Assembly (NCBI GenBank): GCA_963745075.1 | Contig: CAVUWV010000024.1 | Location: 256,001 to 320,000, forward strand | Length of the DNA stretch: 64,000 nt | Direction: 5' to 3' | Source of the DNA: Candidatus Hydrogenedentota bacterium | Lineage (GTDB): Bacteria > Hydrogenedentota > Hydrogenedentia > Hydrogenedentales > SLHB01 | Shown here: positions 20,108 through 30,079 of the stretch, one piece after another | How the letters are laid out: the number at the start of each line of letters is the position of its first letter | Position numbering within the stretch: position 1 is the stretch's first letter | Notes under the pieces: generated by a model | What the model was told of the DNA's origin: nothing | Seen by the model: only the letters and a program-made list of their open reading frames with translations | Database searches by the model: none | Translations under genes and position numbers: made by a program

Positions 20108-21985
20108 TCACAGCGTATTCGGTTTCGCATCGATATGCAGCGCATCAACCCGGGCGCACGCCTTCTCCCCGTGTTCGACGCCGCTGGTGCTTCGCAATAC
20201 AGCGCGTACATCGAATTCCTGCGTGTCGCCGAGTTCATCACTCGGGCACTTCCAGACGCAACGGACCCTGGTGACGACCTTCCGTGGCGATTTCCCATTT
20301 CGGTGCTTCGCCGCGGGGTCGCCACCTGGAGCAGCACGTAGCCGCCAAGGTTCTTGGCGTCCGCGTAGCAATCGAGGGTCACGACGAGATTTTGCAGGGG
20401 ACGGGGAGAAGATATTCGTTGGGTAATCGTGGTGGATGTAGCCGAGCCGCCGACCATGCCGACCCAGAAGCCGCCGTCCCGATAGCCGCCGTGATCGGGA
20501 TGCGCTACTTCGAGATCACCGAAATGCTTCCAGCGCGGCGTGGAAAAGTCATCTTCGTAGGAGAGGTTGCCGTAAAGGTCTTCGCTTAGCATGGCAGCCG
20601 CGCCGGGCGGCGGTGTTTCGGCGACACACGTGACGCGTAATGCGTGCAAGGATTGAGGCTGTAGATTTGGAGTTAGCCCCTTCACCCTCCATGGTCGACA
20701 CGCACGTAGACAACGTGTGTGTTCCCCAACGTTTCCTGTTTCGCCTCCAAAACGGTCGGTGAGTTCGCCCTCCTGCGTTGCCATCAGGGGCCAGGATTGC
20801 AGAGTTGAATCGGTGGTTATCGCGAGCTGGTTGCGTCCCGCCGCATCACCCGGCGGAGTCAGCGTCGAGGTTTACCGCGACCGACTGCAACGGGAAGTAG
20901 GACACGAATCGATAGGTCAGCGAAGATCGCGCCAGCCCATTCGGCTTGGGTTCGAAGAACAACCCTTCGCCTGAGCCGGACAGCCGCAGATTCAGGAATC
21001 CGTCAATCGTCGCGTCGTGAATCCATTGGAAACCATCGAAGTTCTCCACGTACACACTGGGATCGTCGACGTCACCGCCGGCCGATATCGACCGGTCCGC
21101 GTACGAATCGTTCGCCGACGGCAGTGGGAGTTGGCTTTCCCGGAAACTGTGCATTTGTGCTCGTTTGACGCGCAGTGCGTCGCGCAACACACGCATATCT
21201 TCGGTTGGGCTGTCTACCCACGAACCCACGGACCCGGCCCCGCCACGGCGAACGCCGCGGTAGAGACGTTAAACTCCATGCACGTCGAGAACTGGTGCCA
21301 TTCCTTCGCGATAAGTGCGGCCGTATTGTCGTACTGGGTCCAGCCCGGCCAGTGCGGGTCCGTTGCCCAGACCACGCAGATGGCGGGTTTGCCCAGCGAT
21401 ACGAATTCCATCACATGCTTTCGAAAAACCGGAGCCGCACGGCCGTACGAGTCCCAAATCCATCCATCCGCGGTCAACGACGGGTCGGGCTGGAGCGGGT
21501 CCGAGTACCACTGAAAGACCGGGATCCCGTACGTTGTGCGAATGTGTTTCGCGACCCCATCGAGCAGATCGCGATGGTTCGGCGTGTTTTCCTCGCCTAG
21601 ACACACGGCCGGAATGAGTTCGGGAGCGGTGGAAGCATTCGCCTCGGGCTTCAGCCATGCATCTACGCGTGCGATGGCGTCGTCCAACGGCACGCCCTCG
21701 CGTTCGCCGAAGTAGAGAATGTAGATATTGTGACGTGTTGCTTCCGGCTGTGTCTCGGCCTTCTCTGCGAGGTTCTTCCAATATTCCGCCTTGTTGGGGA
21801 ACGTTTCGCCGAGTTTCAGCTTTCATCATCCGGTAGTCGAAGTACGAATCGAGTCCGCCGCCATACACACCGAGGGAGCGGTAGCCGGGGTCCGGGTAGG
21901 AGCGTACGTGAACTTCGTCCGCCATCGCCCCGCGTCCAAAAAGCAGTCCTAGAAGGGTCAGCGCAAGCAACGATCTCTTGTACAC
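20108..21985 (-). CDS. Secreted hypothetical protein, possibly a TIM-barrel domain plus two repeated beta-sandwich modules; multiple frameshifts
   Basis: Signal peptide (KRSLLALTLLGLLFGRGAMA); five overlapping minus-strand ORF fragments tile the interval. Confidence 0.55.
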
Positions 21986-22110
21986 CGAGCGTGACCGGCA
22001 CGATTCTTGGTTGAAGCGTCTGTGATTTGTCGCTCTAAGCATGCATCACAGGATACCGCAAAACGGCCGGCCTCCGCCTGTTTGAGCGAGAGACCGGCCT
22101 CGCGGCATCG

Positions 22111-22671
22111 TCAGCCGACAACCAGCTGGGATTTAAGCGCGATCGCGTTGGCGATGTTGTACCGGTTAGGGGAAAGGCGTGTGACCGTGTCGTGCACCTT
22201 CTGAAACTGTTCCGGCGTGCCGTTGCCTTTGACGTGAACCGTGTAGCGAATCTCGTCGTAGCCCGGTTTCACGTTCGGGTCGATACCGAAGAACCCGCGC
22301 AGATCGATGTTGCCTTCACTTTCGATGCGCAACGCTTCCAGTTCGATGCCTTCCATGGCGCACCCCGTCGCATAGCCGACCATCATGCAGGCGTTCAACG
22401 CCGCCATGAGGTATTCCTGCGGATTGGGGTACTCGTTGGTGCCGCACAGTTCGCACGGCTCGTCGACCCGGATGGTGAAATCCTTCGTGATGGTCTCGCC
22501 CCCGATCATGTAGTTGGTCACGTGCGCGTCCGATCGCGTGCCGCCCATCCACACCGTGGAGACGTTCCACTTGGTCTTGCCCTTGGCCGGGTCGTCGGCC
22601 ACGGCCTTGATCCCGGTGCGCAGCGCTTCCGTATCGATCCCGTTGACCATCGTCTGTGTCATGGTTTCCAT
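22111..22671 (-). CDS. OsmC family protein
   Basis: VNGID, DEP..LCGTN..PNPQEYLMAALNAC, GNIDLRGFFG, LSP. Confidence 0.9.
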   Translation of the reverse strand: METMTQTMVNGIDTEALRTGIKAVADDPAKGKTKWNVSTVWMGGTRSDAHVTNYMIGGETITKDFTIRVDEPCELCGTNEYPNPQEYLMAALNACMMVGYATGCAMEGIELEALRIESEGNIDLRGFFGIDPNVKPGYDEIRYTVHVKGNGTPEQFQKVHDTVTRLSPNRYNIANAIALKSQLVVG

Positions 22672-22741
22672 TGCTAAGCCCTTTCTTTTCTTCATCCCAC
22701 TTCGTGAACTGCCAATTCAACTCCACATGCCGAATGATAGG

Positions 22742-22756
22742 GCAAGGTGCATGCCA
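22742..22756 (-). promoter_or_regulatory. Sigma-54 promoter of the OsmC-family gene
   Basis: Minus strand TGGCATGCACCTTGC, near-perfect -24/-12 consensus. Confidence 0.8.
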
Positions 22757-22825
22757 AGGCGGCGGCTCTCGGTTAACTTGCTTATAGGGAATGAGATATG
22801 ACGAGAAGTTTTCGTCCGACAGCAT

Positions 22826-22856
22826 CGTGAGATCTCGCGGATTGCGAGATCTCGCG
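22826..22856. promoter_or_regulatory. Tandem palindromes, candidate activator sites
   Basis: CGTGAGATCTCGCG and GCGAGATCTCGC, centres 17 bp apart, 70-100 bp upstream of the -24 box. Confidence 0.5.
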
Positions 22857-22966
22857 AATATTCCGAGTCCGGGTTCACGTTGTCTCCAATAGGGGAGATA
22901 CGAACGACACGCGTTGGGTCCGAGTGTCTCGGTGGACGCGTTGTCAGAAGACTTGTGGAGGATTCA

Positions 22967-24193
22967 ATGCAATTTCAGGAATTCCTGCAGCTCTACGGCG
23001 AAGCGGCGACGACGGCACTGGGGTTCTTCTGGAAGGCGGGGTGGGCCTTTATTCTTGGGTACGCGGTCAGCGCAATGATTCAGACATTTGTCCCCAAGAA
23101 ACGGCTGACCCGGTACATGGGCGGCGCTGGTCTCCAGAGTATTGGGTTGGCCACGGTGTTCGGCTCCATCTCAAGCTCATGCTCGTTCGCTGCACTATCT
23201 GCCGCCCGGGCGCTCGTGCAAAAGGGCGCCCACTTTATCGCGGCGGTAGCGTTTATGTTTGCAAGCACGAACTTGGTGATTGAACTCGGGATCCTGATTC
23301 TGATCTTTCTGGGCTGGCAATTTCTCGCTGCGGAAATCATCGGGGGGATCGTGTTAATCGCAATTTCGAGTGTCATCATCTTGATGACCTACCCCAAGAA
23401 TTGGATGAACGCGGGACGGAAGAAGGTTGAGGAAGAAGCGGGTGACGAGGAGGAAGACTTCGACCCCTGGGACCGCATGACCTCACGCAAGGGGTGGCAC
23501 CTTGTCGGGCGCAAGTTCTTTATGGAATGGAAAATGGTCTGGGAGGAAATCCTGATTGGGTTCACCATTGCCGGGTTCATGGCCGTGTTCGTCCCCGACC
23601 GCTTTTGGAAACTCATCTTTCTTTCGGCGCATGCGGACGCAGGCGGTATTACGGGCGTGCTGGTTGCCGTTGAGAACGCGATGATCGCGCCGTTTGTGGC
23701 GGCGGCGACCTTTATCGGCTCGATGGGCAACATACCGCTGGCCACAGTCCTGAACGCCGGCGGGGTGTTGTTCGCGGGGATCATGGGGTTCATCTACTCG
23801 GATCTCATGGTGCCTCCACTCGTTAACGTCAACGCAAAATACTACGGATGGCGCGTGGCGCTATATATCGCCGGGGTGATGTACGTCAGCATCGTCATGA
23901 CTGCCTTGGTCCTCCACTTCTTATTCTCAGCGTTGGGGCTCGCGCCGGAGAGTTCACGTGCCGTAAAAGATGTGGCACAATTCGCAATCGACTACACCTT
24001 CTGGCTCAACATTGCCTTCGTAGTTGCCGTAGCAGGAATGGCATTTCTGGCGCGTCCGTCGTTCGCAGGCCTATCCGAATCCGAAGGGCACGATCACAGC
24101 GGCCGGAGCAAGCTGACCATAAAGCGAGCCGTTGCTCTATCCGCCATGGGATCTATCATAATTGGAGTCCTCTATCACGTGATTTCCCGGTAA
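22967..24193 (+). CDS. Predicted permease (DUF318/ArsP-like)
   Basis: Multiple TM helices, SSSCSFAA, FMFASTNLVIELG, SMGNIPLA, FIYSDL; GGAGG RBS. Confidence 0.85.
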   Translation: MQFQEFLQLYGEAATTALGFFWKAGWAFILGYAVSAMIQTFVPKKRLTRYMGGAGLQSIGLATVFGSISSSCSFAALSAARALVQKGAHFIAAVAFMFASTNLVIELGILILIFLGWQFLAAEIIGGIVLIAISSVIILMTYPKNWMNAGRKKVEEEAGDEEEDFDPWDRMTSRKGWHLVGRKFFMEWKMVWEEILIGFTIAGFMAVFVPDRFWKLIFLSAHADAGGITGVLVAVENAMIAPFVAAATFIGSMGNIPLATVLNAGGVLFAGIMGFIYSDLMVPPLVNVNAKYYGWRVALYIAGVMYVSIVMTALVLHFLFSALGLAPESSRAVKDVAQFAIDYTFWLNIAFVVAVAGMAFLARPSFAGLSESEGHDHSGRSKLTIKRAVALSAMGSIIIGVLYHVISR

Positions 24194-24316
24194 TGGAACT
24201 TATAGCGCCACACGCACGCACGAAAGTCGGCAATGTGCATACCTTCTCGAACTTTGTGTATGATTCGACCCCTTGTCGGACAACGATTCCCAGCGCGAAG
24301 GAGCACTCAGGAGACC

Positions 24317-25540
24317 ATGGCGACACTCAACCCGAACTACGACAAACTGCAGGCCGGATACCTTTTCCCCGAAATCGCCAAACGCACCCGTGCCTTTCAG
24401 GCGGCGAATCCCGATGCCAAGGTCATGCGGCTGGGAATCGGGGATACGACGGAACCGCTCACGCCCTCCGTTATCGCAGGTTTGCACCGGGGCGTCGACA
24501 TGCTCGCGGACGTGAAAACGTACAGCGGGTACGGGGCCGAACAAGGTAATACGGACCTCCGGACAGCGATCGCGGAACGTTATCGGGGTCTTGGGGTATC
24601 AATAGAACCGGATGAAGTGTTCGTGAGCGACGGCGCCAAGCCGGACTCGGCCAATATTCAGTCCATTTTCGGGACCGAGAACGTGGTTGCCGTGCAGGAT
24701 CCGGCCTACCCCGTGTACGTCGACAGCAACATCATCGCCGGCCGGACCGGGCCGTGGAAGGGCGGCCGCTTCGAGGGCCTGGTGTACATGCCGTGCACGG
24801 CCGGCAACGGGTTTATCCCGGCGGTGCCGGACCATAAGGTGGACCTGATCTATCTGTGCAGTCCGAACAATCCGACCGGAGCCGTAGCCACCAAGGAGCA
24901 GTTGAAGGCCTTCGTAGACTACGCACGCGATCACCAGGCCGTTATCATCTTTGATTCGGCCTACGCCGCGTTTATCAGCGATCCGGCGCTGCCCCGGAGC
25001 ATTTTTGAAATCGAAGGCGCGGCCGAGTGCGCACTGGAGATCAGCAGTTTTTCAAAAGAGGCGGGGTTCACAGGCGTGCGGCTGGGGTGGAGCGTGGTGC
25101 CCAAGGCGCTTGTGTGCGAGGATGGAGAAGCCGGCAAAGCGCATCGTCTTTGGAACCGGCGGCAGACCACCATGTTCAATGGCGCGTCCAATATCGTTCA
25201 GGAGGGCGGGTTGGCGGTCATGTCCGAACAAGGACAGCGGGAGTGCAAGGAGATGGTCGCGTACTACATGAGGAACGCGCGGACCATCAAGCAGGGCCTC
25301 GAATCGCTCGGCGTGACCGTCTACGGCGGCGGGAACGCCCCGTACGTGTGGATGGAGACTCCGGCGAAGATGTCGTCGTGGGACTTCTTTGACAAGCTAT
25401 TGAATGAAGCCCATGTGGTAGGGACGCCCGGCTCGGGATTTGGTCCGAGCGGGGAAGGGTTCTTCCGGTTGAGCGCTTTTGGGCATGCCGCAGACATCGA
25501 GGCTGCGGTGGCGAGCATTCGAGAGAATTTGAAGCTCTGA
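24317..25540 (+). CDS. dapL: LL-diaminopimelate aminotransferase
   Basis: GYLFPEI, LGIGDTT, GYGAEQG, SDGAK, CSPNNPTG, SFSKEAGFTGVRLG, GEGFFRLSAF. Confidence 0.95.
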   Translation: MATLNPNYDKLQAGYLFPEIAKRTRAFQAANPDAKVMRLGIGDTTEPLTPSVIAGLHRGVDMLADVKTYSGYGAEQGNTDLRTAIAERYRGLGVSIEPDEVFVSDGAKPDSANIQSIFGTENVVAVQDPAYPVYVDSNIIAGRTGPWKGGRFEGLVYMPCTAGNGFIPAVPDHKVDLIYLCSPNNPTGAVATKEQLKAFVDYARDHQAVIIFDSAYAAFISDPALPRSIFEIEGAAECALEISSFSKEAGFTGVRLGWSVVPKALVCEDGEAGKAHRLWNRRQTTMFNGASNIVQEGGLAVMSEQGQRECKEMVAYYMRNARTIKQGLESLGVTVYGGGNAPYVWMETPAKMSSWDFFDKLLNEAHVVGTPGSGFGPSGEGFFRLSAFGHAADIEAAVASIRENLKL

Positions 25541-25830
25541 TTCAGTGTTCCAGACAGTAGGAGGGCTGAATTTCGGGCACAAGTGCGAACTGCGCGTGAC
25601 GACCGATGCGCGCCGCAGCGTACTACAAGGTTTTGTGCATACCCGGTTCTTCGTGTACACTATGGATGGAGAGGTGTCCCACTTGCCGTCAATTTTCCTG
25701 AATTTCGTGTTTTGGGCAACTTTTTGCGGCGCTGGGGCATTATAAGTCATTGCAATTGGGTAGTTTGATCGCGTATGTGGGTTTTGGTAGCATAACTAGC
25801 CGTGACCGGCTTATTGGAGGATCTACTGAG

Positions 25831-26367
25831 ATGAAACACCTGCGGAGTGGAATGCTGTGCGGGATGTGCGTCGTGCTGGCGTTGGCCGTTGGGACGGGGT
25901 GCAAAAGTAAGAAACCGGAACCCATCAACCCGGGTTTGACGACCGGTCCGACCACCGGTCCCGGACCTGAGGAGACAACGAGTACCGGACTCCCGGATGT
26001 GGACGTGGAGTCGCTGGTGTTCGAGTCGGCCGAAGGTGTCCGGCCCATCTATTTCGACTACGACAGCTACGCGCTTCGTCCCGACGCCCTGGAAACGTTG
26101 CGGCATAACGCGGACGTCTTGAAGCAGTACCCGAACGTGTACGTGCAGATCGAAGGGCACTGCGACGAACGTGGCACGCAAGATTACAACCTTGCATTGG
26201 GCGAAAAACGGGCCTTGGCGGCGCGCGAGCACCTGATTCGACTCGGGATATCCGGAGACCGGCTGATTACCATCAGTTACGGGGAAGAAGACCCGGTGGA
26301 TCCCGGCCATAACGAAGCGGCGTGGGCGAAGAACCGGCGCTGCGAGTTCAACAAAGCGAACCGATAG
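25831..26367 (+). CDS. pal: Peptidoglycan-associated lipoprotein
   Basis: Lipobox GTGC, IYFDYD, IEGHCDERGT..YNLALGEKRA, SYGEE, KNRR. Confidence 0.95.
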   Translation: MKHLRSGMLCGMCVVLALAVGTGCKSKKPEPINPGLTTGPTTGPGPEETTSTGLPDVDVESLVFESAEGVRPIYFDYDSYALRPDALETLRHNADVLKQYPNVYVQIEGHCDERGTQDYNLALGEKRALAAREHLIRLGISGDRLITISYGEEDPVDPGHNEAAWAKNRRCEFNKANR

Positions 26368-26377
26368 GGGGCTTGTG

Positions 26378-27229
26378 ATGCGTTTCCGGATTGCCCTTGC
26401 AGGTGTGGCGTTGTCGGTTCTATTGGCGGGTTGTGCGACCACGGGTTCCAGTGGTGACCAGGTCGCCAACTCCGTTTACGCGACCCACCGTATTGCGAAG
26501 AACCTCGAATCGGAACTGACGCCGCGGATTACTCAGCTCAACGAGACGACGGCGGAACTCACGGCTAAGGTGGAAGCGAGCGAAACCACCACGAAACAGC
26601 TTCAAAGTAAAGTCGAGGAAAACCAGGCCAAACTGGACGCACTTCAGCAATCGCTGGAAAAGCTTTCTTCGGTGATCTACCGGGAGTTCGGCTTGTCCAC
26701 CGGCACGCAGCGCACTGGGTCGTTGGAGTTCGAAGCGCCCGTGGTGGAAACTCCGGGCGGCGGCACGAGCGAGATACCTCCCGCGACTCCGGGTGAAACC
26801 TCGGCGACTCCGCCCGTTTCCGACACCAGCATGGAAACGACGTCGAACGCGTTGACGGAGTACAACAAGGCGCAGCAGGCGTTTTTGAGTGACGATTACG
26901 AGCAGGCGATCACGTTGTACGACGCGTTTCTGCAACGCTATCCCAACGCCGAGAGCGCGGCGAACGCGCAATTCTGGAAAGCGGAATCCTACCGCAAACT
27001 GGGTCAGTATGAGACCGCGATTGCTGAATTCGAGAAGGTTCGGAGCAACTATCCGGGTCCCGACAATCTGAAAGCAGCCCCTTCAATCGAACGGCAGGCA
27101 GAATGCCACATCGCCCTTGGCCAGACCCAGCGGGCGGTCGACCTTTGGAATCAACTGGTTGAGGACTATCCGTTGTCGGAAGTGACGGACCAGGCACGAG
27201 CCAGACTTCGGCAGGTTCGCGGCAACTAG
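26378..27229 (+). CDS. cpoB: Tol-Pal system protein CpoB/YbgF-like lipoprotein
   Basis: LAGC lipobox, coiled coil, C-terminal TPRs (FLQRYP, NAQFWKAES); directly follows pal. Confidence 0.85.
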   Translation: MRFRIALAGVALSVLLAGCATTGSSGDQVANSVYATHRIAKNLESELTPRITQLNETTAELTAKVEASETTTKQLQSKVEENQAKLDALQQSLEKLSSVIYREFGLSTGTQRTGSLEFEAPVVETPGGGTSEIPPATPGETSATPPVSDTSMETTSNALTEYNKAQQAFLSDDYEQAITLYDAFLQRYPNAESAANAQFWKAESYRKLGQYETAIAEFEKVRSNYPGPDNLKAAPSIERQAECHIALGQTQRAVDLWNQLVEDYPLSEVTDQARARLRQVRGN

Positions 27230-27334
27230 TATTCTTTGATTCAGTTTGACGGTGTAGATTGCGGCGCGCGAGGTCCGAGTCTCGCGCGCCGTTATGTGTT
27301 TCGGAAAGATAGCGGATAGAAGAGAGAGGAGCCC

Positions 27335-28345
27335 ATGAAGCACTATCTGGGGCTTGATGCGGGAGGGACCAAGACCTTCTGTCTGGTGGGGGATGAAACC
27401 GGCCGCGTGGACGGATTTGGCAGGGCCGGGACGGGAAACTATGAGCACTACGGCGTGGGCCCGGCACTTGACGAGAATCGCAAGGCCGTCAATGCCGCGC
27501 TCGAGTCTGCGGGGCTCACCCTGAAGGATGTCGACGCGATAGGCCTGGGAATCGCCGGCGCCGACGTTCCCGAGGATTACGAAATGCTGGAACGCGAAAT
27601 CTTTACGCCTCTCTTTGGCGATATCCCGCGCGATTTCCAAAACGACTCAATGGCCGGCTTGCGGGGAGGTACTCGGAATCCCTTTGGTGTCGTTATCGCC
27701 TGTGGGACGGGCTGCGTTTCGGCGGGAAAGAATTCCGCTGGCGACCACGCGCGCGTTGGTGGGTTGGGTCCCGAGTTTGGCGATATTTGTTCGGGATCGG
27801 ACATCGGACGCCAAGGGCTGCAAAAGGTCTGGCAGGCCCGGGACGAGATCATCGGCGATACGCTGCTCACGCGGAAATTCATGGAACGGGCCGGCTGTTC
27901 CACGGTAGAGGAATTGTTTTACGGCCTATACCGGCGTGAGATTACCTACGCGGATTTGCAGCCCATGTCGAAGCTGGTTTTTGATGCCGCATTTGAAGGC
28001 GACGAGGCTGCGTGTGATATTCTACTTTCAGGCGGCCGGTACCTGGGCGCCATGGTCAACGCGGTTGCGCGAAAACTGGGCATGACCCGCAGCGAATTTG
28101 AAGTGGTGATGGCCGGCAGCGTATTCAAAGGCAGCAGTCCGGTGCTGGTTGACGCCATGCGCACCGTAATCCGAAGCGAGTGCCCGCTCGCCAAAACAGT
28201 GATGCCGGTCTATGAGCCCGTGGTAGGCGCGTTGCTCATGGGAATGGAAGTTAAAAGGGATGTGACCGAAGAAGTATACGGGAATCTGACTCGTGCACTG
28301 GAGGAAGCGGAGGTGCAGTACGGAGTGAGGTTTCGGGCGGAGTAA
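27335..28345 (+). CDS. BadF/BadG/BcrA/BcrD-type sugar kinase (GlcNAc-kinase-like)
   Basis: GLDAGGTKT, GIAGAD, ND, IACGTG, AGSV, PVVGA. Confidence 0.85.
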   Translation: MKHYLGLDAGGTKTFCLVGDETGRVDGFGRAGTGNYEHYGVGPALDENRKAVNAALESAGLTLKDVDAIGLGIAGADVPEDYEMLEREIFTPLFGDIPRDFQNDSMAGLRGGTRNPFGVVIACGTGCVSAGKNSAGDHARVGGLGPEFGDICSGSDIGRQGLQKVWQARDEIIGDTLLTRKFMERAGCSTVEELFYGLYRREITYADLQPMSKLVFDAAFEGDEAACDILLSGGRYLGAMVNAVARKLGMTRSEFEVVMAGSVFKGSSPVLVDAMRTVIRSECPLAKTVMPVYEPVVGALLMGMEVKRDVTEEVYGNLTRALEEAEVQYGVRFRAE

Positions 28346-28348
28346 GCC

Positions 28349-29587
28349 ATGCGAGTACGATCCAGCTATGTCGTCATTACGATGCTCCTCGTAATCGGAG
28401 CGTTTGTCCTGTTTGCCTGGGTACGAATGAACACCGCCACCGGCGTAAGTGATGCAAAAGGCCACGACGAAGCTTTTCTGGAACAGGTCCGTGAACTGCG
28501 GAAATCTGGAAGAGGTTCGGCTGCCCGGGACGGCTTGATACGGGCGGGCGACGTGGAGTCCGGCATTCCGAACGGGCCGAAATTGGAAGTGGAAACCACC
28601 GATTTCGACATGGGGGTCATCGACAATACGAAGCCGACAACCGAGACGATGGCCATTTACAATCGGGGCAAGTCTCCTCTTCAGATCCTCAATATTCGCA
28701 CCAGTTGTGGTTGTACCCAGGGTGAACTGGAAAAGAACGGCACCGCCAGCGACGGTTCGCCAACGACCCTGATTCCCCCCGGCGGCGAACTTCCCATGTC
28801 GATAACGGTCGATCCTTTCCGCATTCCCGGGTTCTCGTCGAAGAAAGTTCTCACCCTGTACTCCGACGATCCCGTAAAGCCTACCGTGGAAGTGAACGTG
28901 TCCGCGGAGGTAAAGCCGGAGTTTACGCTTGAACCCGAATCGCTTGATTTTGGGACCGTAGAAAACGGGAAAGTTGACGACGCGACGGTGATCTTGCGGC
29001 AGGCGAACGCCGAAAACCTGGATGTCACCGGCGTTGAACCCGGCCGGAACGCCGTCAAGAAGGGCGACAAAGGGGTGGAAGCGTCCGATGTGACGCAGTA
29101 TACGCTGGACCTGAAAAAGCGGCCGAAAGACCAATGGAAATCTCCGGATCACCCGGAATGGGCGATCGCGATCCACTTGGGCCCAAGCCTTCCCGTTGGC
29201 GCCTTTCGCGATACGTTTCGCATACTCACGAACAGCAAACGGGTTCGGATTTTCCCGTACCGCGTGGCAGCCGAAGTCCACTCGTTTTACGATGTCGCGC
29301 CCACGATGCTGAGCGTTCGCAACGCCGTCGATCCCGGTAGCGAACACGTGGCCACCGCCGTGGTAAGTTCGGATACGACCTTCTCGGTCGAGGATCTCAA
29401 AGTATCCGGGGACGCCTTTACCGTAGCTGTGCGCGACGGCGACAAACCGAATACGAAATTCATCGACCTCGGTGTGCGTGGAAATGCCACGCCCGGGCTC
29501 AAAAATGAACGTGTTACGTTCAAAGTGCATTCGGGAGACAAGACCGCCACCCATATCATGCGGGCATTCGCATCGGTCAAAGGGTAG
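28349..29587 (+). CDS. DUF1573 domain membrane-anchored protein
   Basis: FDMG, NRGKSPLQI, TSCGCT, IPPG; Ig-like repeats. Confidence 0.8.
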   Translation: MRVRSSYVVITMLLVIGAFVLFAWVRMNTATGVSDAKGHDEAFLEQVRELRKSGRGSAARDGLIRAGDVESGIPNGPKLEVETTDFDMGVIDNTKPTTETMAIYNRGKSPLQILNIRTSCGCTQGELEKNGTASDGSPTTLIPPGGELPMSITVDPFRIPGFSSKKVLTLYSDDPVKPTVEVNVSAEVKPEFTLEPESLDFGTVENGKVDDATVILRQANAENLDVTGVEPGRNAVKKGDKGVEASDVTQYTLDLKKRPKDQWKSPDHPEWAIAIHLGPSLPVGAFRDTFRILTNSKRVRIFPYRVAAEVHSFYDVAPTMLSVRNAVDPGSEHVATAVVSSDTTFSVEDLKVSGDAFTVAVRDGDKPNTKFIDLGVRGNATPGLKNERVTFKVHSGDKTATHIMRAFASVKG

Positions 29588-29695
29588 GAGTTGGAAAACG
29601 TTACCGTGGCGGGTCGATGGATTGTGGCGAGGTTGCCTCGGACGGGGTGGCCGTGGGCAAGACGTTGTGCTCGCCGCCGGTGGCTGAGATTCTAG

Positions 29696-30079
29696 ATGGC
29701 CCTCTTCGGTAAGAAAGACAAGTCTGAACCGGGGGCTGCGCCCGCATCCGCAGCGCATCAGGTAATCGGTCGCGAGGGCTACTGTGCGGTCTGCAAAGAC
29801 TACCGCCGGTTTTCGCAATGCTGGTTGCGAAGTGCGTGGGTGACCAAGTGTCCGTGTTGCGGTTTGGACTTCGAATCGCCTGCTGCACTTTACACGAAAA
29901 ACTTACCGGCCTGTCCCCGTTGCGGCGAATATCTGGAGCATCCAGGCTTCGAGTATGGCCTGTGCGACGGATGTGGCTCTAAGTTCGAACTCGTTCAAGG
30001 GGCAAAGCCGGGACTTCTGCCGAATAAGTCGCAGCGTGACAAGATGAATGTATATGGGAAGACCTGGAGCAAGGATTGA
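29696..30079 (+). CDS. Small zinc-ribbon protein
   Basis: Four CxxC pairs (CAVC, CPCC, CPRC, CDGC). Confidence 0.7.
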   Translation: MALFGKKDKSEPGAAPASAAHQVIGREGYCAVCKDYRRFSQCWLRSAWVTKCPCCGLDFESPAALYTKNLPACPRCGEYLEHPGFEYGLCDGCGSKFELVQGAKPGLLPNKSQRDKMNVYGKTWSKD

